From an uncultured Clostridia bacterium (lineage in GTDB: Bacteria; Bacillota; Clostridia; Christensenellales; Borkfalkiaceae), in the NCBI GenBank assembly GCA_947625555.1, contig CANQOT010000006.1, forward strand, positions 14,248 through 78,247: DNA of 64,000 nt. Reading direction: 5' to 3'. How positions within the stretch are numbered: the stretch's first letter is position 1; each line of letters begins with the position of its first letter. The notes under the pieces were generated by a model. The model was not told the DNA's origin and did not search any database. It saw only the letters and a list, made by a program, of their open reading frames with translations. Shown here piece after piece: positions 61,001-64,000 of the stretch. The position numbers and the translations under genes are program-made.

Positions 61001-63290
61001 CGAAGCGGAAGAGGGGGAAGGCGTCATCCGCGGGTTGTATGCCGTCAATGGAGACGCCATCGAGCTCACCGTGCCGCTTACAAACGGCAGCAGCGTTATC
61101 CTCTACTTCGACCTCGATGAAAGCGACCACACGAAGTTCACCCTGCGCGGGGGCGAGGCGGGCACTTATCTGCGCTTCGACAACCAATACATGAACGGGA
61201 TCTCCTACGCGCTCGACGGGCACGGACACGTTACCGTGTCGAAGTATGATCTGGATGCCGAAGAGCTGCAAGAACCGACCGTCATCGATGAAAACGGGAC
61301 CTATACCTACGACGAAGCCACGGAGCAGTACACCATCAAATATCACGACGGCGGCGATGAGATCATCGTGGTAGGCATTCTCGGTACCTATCCCATCTCC
61401 AACACGCAGTCTCTCCGCATCTTCATCATCGAACAGAAGGAAGCATTCCTCCGCAAGTATGTCAACAAGGCGGATTGGACGGTGTTCATTCCCGATAGCA
61501 TCGGCAACGCCGTTCGCTACACCGAGCTGGGCGTCAGAGAGAGGGGGACCTACGTTATCATCGAGGAAACCGACGGGAAAGGCCTCCTCTACTATGTCAA
61601 CAGCGCGGGCACCGACGCTTGCCTCTACCGCTACGATACGTCATTGGGCACCGTTGAGAAGATCGTCTATAAGGAACGCGGCTACTACACGCAGGATCTG
61701 CGCTCGCTCCGCTTCACGCCCTACGGCTTCATGATCATGGACGGCGAGACCCGCTACTACTACACCGTGGACGGCGACGGAAAGATCACCACCTATCTGC
61801 TCGATCCCGAAAATACGGCTGCGAACGAATTTGGCTACGTGGTGGGTGAGCTCGGGAGCTTCGAGAAGACGATCACGATCGAAGGCACGATTTATTACAA
61901 CAACAACGACGGCTATGCCATCCATTTCTACCGCGACACGGCGTCGCAGGACGACTTCCCCCTGAAGGATGAAGAGGGGAATGTTGTGCGCGGCACGCTC
62001 GGCGAGCTGACCTTCACGCCCACGGGTGCGGCGGAATTCCGCGTTCGGGGCACTGTCGAGATCGAAGGTGAGGCCGTCGTCTGCACGGTTGTCCGTGCGA
62101 ATACAAGCGCAGAGGGCGAAGAGGCCGTCTACGAGCTCTATGTTCTCATCGAAAACGACCGCTACTATATCGATGTGGCCTATACGGGAGATACGCAAAA
62201 TTCCTACGCAGTTTCGGCGCTCAGCAACTACATCTCCGTATATAACAATAACTTCTATCAGGACTACTATTTACTTTACGCGCTTCTGCAATTGTTCGGC
62301 GGATCGACGTCGATCCTCAATTCTCTCGATCCGACGCAGTATGGCACGCTCACCATCATCTGCGAGTACGATAAGGACGGAATGCCGGCTGATCCTTATA
62401 TCGACGCAGAGCTCAGCGCAGGCGCCCTCGTTTTGGAGGACGGCACCGTCGTCACCTCTCTCAAGCACGTGCCCTACGAGTTCGATGAGGAGACGAACTA
62501 CTACATCGCAGATTATCAAGGCGCGGACGGCGAGAATTACAAGTTCTACTTCGGGATCCTTCCCAACAGCGCCTTCGGGGTCTACGCCTACAATCTGTTT
62601 GCCTGCACGAAGACGCAGACGCTCACAGACGGCATCTACAAGGTGGAGGTCGAGCGCGTCGTTGCGACTGACTATCAAAGCGTTTCGCGCGGAGGGATCT
62701 GGACCATCAAGCTCTTTGAGAACGGGCAGGAGATCGAGCTTGAAGACGACAGCTTCTTCGTCTTGGGTAAATTCTATGCCATAACGCGCACCCGTCAGCA
62801 CCTCAGCACGGATGCCGAAGGCGTGGACACCGGGAAGATCACGGGTACGACCTACTACATCATCACCCTCACAGAGGCGACGGTGGAAGAGACGCCCGCT
62901 CCCGGCGGCGACGAAGAGACGGAAGAGACCCCCGGCGGCGAGACGGAGGAAGGCGGCGAACAGACGCCCGCCACCCCTCAGCCCATTGCGCCCTACGAGT
63001 CCGTGACTGTGGAAAAACACGAGATGAAGACGGTCTACTTCCTCGTCAACGGCACGGAGAGTCCGTTCTACTTCGTCGATATCTACAAGGACGATAACGA
63101 CAAGGGCGTTGCGTTCTACTACTACGGCGGTTCGTGGCACTTTGCCGAGAGCTGCACCTACGACGAGGCGACCAAGACGTACACTGCAACCCTTTACAAC
63201 GAGGGCATGCAGGTCCGGATCACGATCTCCACGACGGAGGAAGGCAGGGAGCAGGCGACGCTCACCACTGTGCAGACATCCAATCCCTGA
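58077..63290 (+). CDS. Giant (1737 aa) lipoprotein: three Listeria-Bacteroides repeats followed by ~1350 aa of unassignable Tyr/Thr/Gly/Glu-rich sequence
   Basis: RBS aaggag. Lipobox LCLVLAGCGS. Repeats FEGWYENAELSG, FGEWLMNG and FVGWAKS in the first ~330 aa. Acidic Pro/Glu linker near the C-terminus (EETPAPGGDEETEETPGGETEEGGEQTPATPQP). Confidence 0.85.
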   Translation: MMKRATRNILTCILLALSVLCLVLAGCGSKGVKFKFETNGADPIDAIEAKAGDEVELPTPEWEGHSFEGWYENAELSGSPVTKFTAEKSKTFYAKWEQLYEVTLSVGGGTLAEHPKIWLKAGANLAEAVKDYVPTYADHTFGEWLMNGTALQESAVMPAANVTLTAHYKVKYTVHVWLQNVAQNGYEAGEDITGYDYPAQDYTPEVTVHGFEVATHEGENKTHALTDTVAQNDYTFYMNRKTIALTLRTNYPDGKEDATKSISYVFGQEVDLPDPMHTDEAFPLETEGYLFVGWAKSITGSVEYASQWLQGQFQNVSAEAERDSFAVDAERLYAVWAEGAKDIFGGEDLIFHTETDAEHVVMLRQGDYYRGSYRANSKSFTFDLGGEKTLQGKFYDGTYAYYNENRQGQYLEYTSQNGVDTTRSITLGFYNEITFTVHSSMSATASEGSYTFDDDGNLVAFFDEGELAGVTWTMMLGYVTNSSSGTSTRVFLVRNEEEYEYGPLMLCSVSGGKLGYYSAILTMDGFGNANIVSQSISGTISQTNYIYVSRGDIISLYTTSNRSLYGTFKHLTIDGNEYFAVYESSIDNTFTAANGETLTLDGTFNATYTAGSTVIDGYYEAAESVFGGYIITLTEENGTQHLFRIYTGTREVTDPGTGRPTTQRTYLLEVKDQAYKEYIYNNEENNYRSPLLVIEDAKNASLYGYTRQGVYVKVAEGEYSYSATTGNYTFTVKTPIATEEDLFREPIDVTLVESFVYSVGVASGMDVTYWHSVTYREEEPTNFEKKYTNADGGTLYLVGGFAIYKAADAAESVTSVFTEVNGYENTIRITVGESYVYFELTEGAEGAAGTYAILEKLLGGATERLADGTSNRSVTFTFDGKGGATLTTAQSEGDPVVVEGSYEETDATKFETKVYHFTPKDGTDGFDFILLSSSSATYFARFNRDVALELTSAEDGGKLTLDGYSYMAEYTLPEGEAEEGEGVIRGLYAVNGDAIELTVPLTNGSSVILYFDLDESDHTKFTLRGGEAGTYLRFDNQYMNGISYALDGHGHVTVSKYDLDAEELQEPTVIDENGTYTYDEATEQYTIKYHDGGDEIIVVGILGTYPISNTQSLRIFIIEQKEAFLRKYVNKADWTVFIPDSIGNAVRYTELGVRERGTYVIIEETDGKGLLYYVNSAGTDACLYRYDTSLGTVEKIVYKERGYYTQDLRSLRFTPYGFMIMDGETRYYYTVDGDGKITTYLLDPENTAANEFGYVVGELGSFEKTITIEGTIYYNNNDGYAIHFYRDTASQDDFPLKDEEGNVVRGTLGELTFTPTGAAEFRVRGTVEIEGEAVVCTVVRANTSAEGEEAVYELYVLIENDRYYIDVAYTGDTQNSYAVSALSNYISVYNNNFYQDYYLLYALLQLFGGSTSILNSLDPTQYGTLTIICEYDKDGMPADPYIDAELSAGALVLEDGTVVTSLKHVPYEFDEETNYYIADYQGADGENYKFYFGILPNSAFGVYAYNLFACTKTQTLTDGIYKVEVERVVATDYQSVSRGGIWTIKLFENGQEIELEDDSFFVLGKFYAITRTRQHLSTDAEGVDTGKITGTTYYIITLTEATVEETPAPGGDEETEETPGGETEEGGEQTPATPQPIAPYESVTVEKHEMKTVYFLVNGTESPFYFVDIYKDDNDKGVAFYYYGGSWHFAESCTYDEATKTYTATLYNEGMQVRITISTTEEGREQATLTTVQTSNP

Positions 63291-63307
63291 TGCGGGATAA
63301 AAAGAAA

Positions 63308-63339
63308 AGAGGCGGGTCCTTCGGGGTCCGCCTCTTTTG
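63308..63339 (+). terminator. Rho-independent terminator closing the 47.2-63.3 kb operon
   Basis: agaggcgggtcc, loop ttcg, gggtccgcctct (two G-U wobbles in RNA), followed by tttgt. Confidence 0.75.
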
Positions 63340-63453
63340 TACGGTTTGTCAAGGAGACGGGGCGGCGCATAAGATGAGATAGGGCGTTTTGTTGCGGCGC
63401 CCGATATTTATGAGCGCTCCCCGCGGGCGCGGGGAGCCCAACAGGAGGTTACT

Positions 63454-64000
63454 ATGATGATTTACAGACGTTGCTCCGTCTGCGGGAACTGCCCTTGCAC
63501 GTGCGGCTGCAACCAATGGCGTCCGTGCTGTACGGGGCAGCGCGGCGCAACGGGTCCCACGGGTCCCACGGGCCCGCAGGGCCCCGCCACGATCACGGTA
63601 GGGCAGACGATCACGGGCGAACCCGGCACGGCGGCTTCCGTCACTTCGACGGGCGGCGCGAATGCCGTGCTCACCTTCACCATCCCGCGCGGCGCGACGG
63701 GTGCGACGGGCGCGACGGGCCCGACCGGTCCGCAGGGCGTGCAGGGGTTGCAGGGCGTACAGGGCCCGCAAGGTCCCCAAGGCGCGCAGGGCGTCGCCGG
63801 TCCCCAAGGCCCCATAGGTCCCACCGGTCCCACGGGCGCAACGGGTGCGACGGGCCCCGCAGGTTCCGCAAGCGCGACGGGTGCGACGGGCCCCACCGGT
63901 CCCACCGGAGCGACGGGTGAAACGGGTCCCACCGGGCCTACCGGAGCCACGGGTGAAACGGGCCCCACCGGTCCCACCGGAGCTACGGGTGAAACGGGTC
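63454..64000 (+). CDS. Collagen-like triple-helix-repeat protein (BclA/exosporium- or phage-fibre-like), 3' end outside the window
   Basis: Not in the ORF track, because the frame is open to the window end. RBS aggagg (63443-63448), ATG 63454. Reads [110 protein letters not shown]..., continuing as G-X-Y repeats to nt 64000. Confidence 0.85.
   Translation, partial: MMIYRRCSVCGNCPCTCGCNQWRPCCTGQRGATGPTGPTGPQGPATITVGQTITGEPGTAASVTSTGGANAVLTFTIPRGATGATGATGPTGPQGVQGLQGVQGPQGPQGAQGVAGPQGPIGPTGPTGATGATGPAGSASATGATGPTGPTGATGETGPTGPTGATGETGPTGPTGATGETG

Noticed and set aside
47299-63140. Long minus-strand ORFs across the MoxR/VWA operon (47299..49335, 50363..52357, 52469..54757, 55405..56499, 58038..59702, 59754..61346, 62271..63140).
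   Set aside because: Same reasoning. They are antisense to genes with Walker, MIDAS and DUF58 motifs, show shadow-ORF composition, and their boundaries do not respect the plus-strand gene junctions.
63349-63977. ORFs 63462..63977 - (GPVGPV-rich), 63349..63807 - and 63471..63920 + (Arg-rich).
   Set aside because: They are antisense or out-of-frame readings of the collagen-like G-X-Y gene that starts at 63454. Only that frame has an RBS, a start codon and a strict Gly-every-third-residue pattern.
1-64000. Scan of intergenic regions for tRNA, rRNA, riboswitch or T-box elements.
   Set aside because: I saw no cloverleaf-compatible segments with a GTTCGAATC-type T-loop, no rRNA-like conserved blocks, and no recognisable riboswitch cores. 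This was a visual scan only; tRNAscan/Infernal would be decisive.

Overview
High-GC chromosomal segment with gene order typical of Bacillota/Clostridia (assignment is an inference from gene order, GGAGG-type RBSs and many lipobox signal peptides). I call 43 protein genes and found no rRNA, tRNA, CRISPR array, transposase or integrase. Layout: (1) 1-7.1 kb, housekeeping block priA'-def-fmt-rsmB-rlmN-rpe-thiN-dipeptidase. (2) 7.2-11.3 kb, two secreted lipoproteins on the minus strand. (3) 11.6-21.1 kb, maltodextrin locus: malQ, binding protein, two permeases, a GH13 amylase lipoprotein, and an MsmX/MalK-type ATPase with a ~300-aa C-terminal extension. (4) 21.1-27.9 kb, an accessory patch divided by three clusters of mosaic GC-rich hairpin repeats. 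It holds an XRE regulator, a consensus promoter with an embedded palindromic operator, a BspA-type LRR lipoprotein, a GDPD enzyme, and a second LRR lipoprotein whose LRR part is markedly AT-rich. (5) 27.9-31.2 kb, lepA, an MGMT-domain gene and hemW. (6) 31.3-37.5 kb, marR-flavodoxin-ABM-CMD/cupin redox operon plus small genes (GNAT, tag, GT2-TPR). (7) 37.9-63.3 kb, the most unusual part. A 9.2 kb gene for a 3065-aa lipid-anchored BspA-LRR protein is followed on the same strand by a tightly coupled ~16 kb operon. That operon encodes a 3-TM protein, a MoxR AAA+ ATPase, a DUF58 protein, two BatA_N/VWA membrane proteins, a 945-aa LRR lipoprotein and a 1737-aa lipoprotein of unknown fold. I propose this as a candidate undescribed envelope or surface-display system: a Bat-like MoxR/VWA machine with giant LRR cargo. 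(8) From 63454 a collagen-like G-X-Y gene with a Cys-rich N-terminus runs off the window; it is missing from the supplied ORF track. Most long ORFs antisense to these genes are high-GC shadow ORFs and were rejected. All family assignments come from motif recognition by eye; no searches were run.
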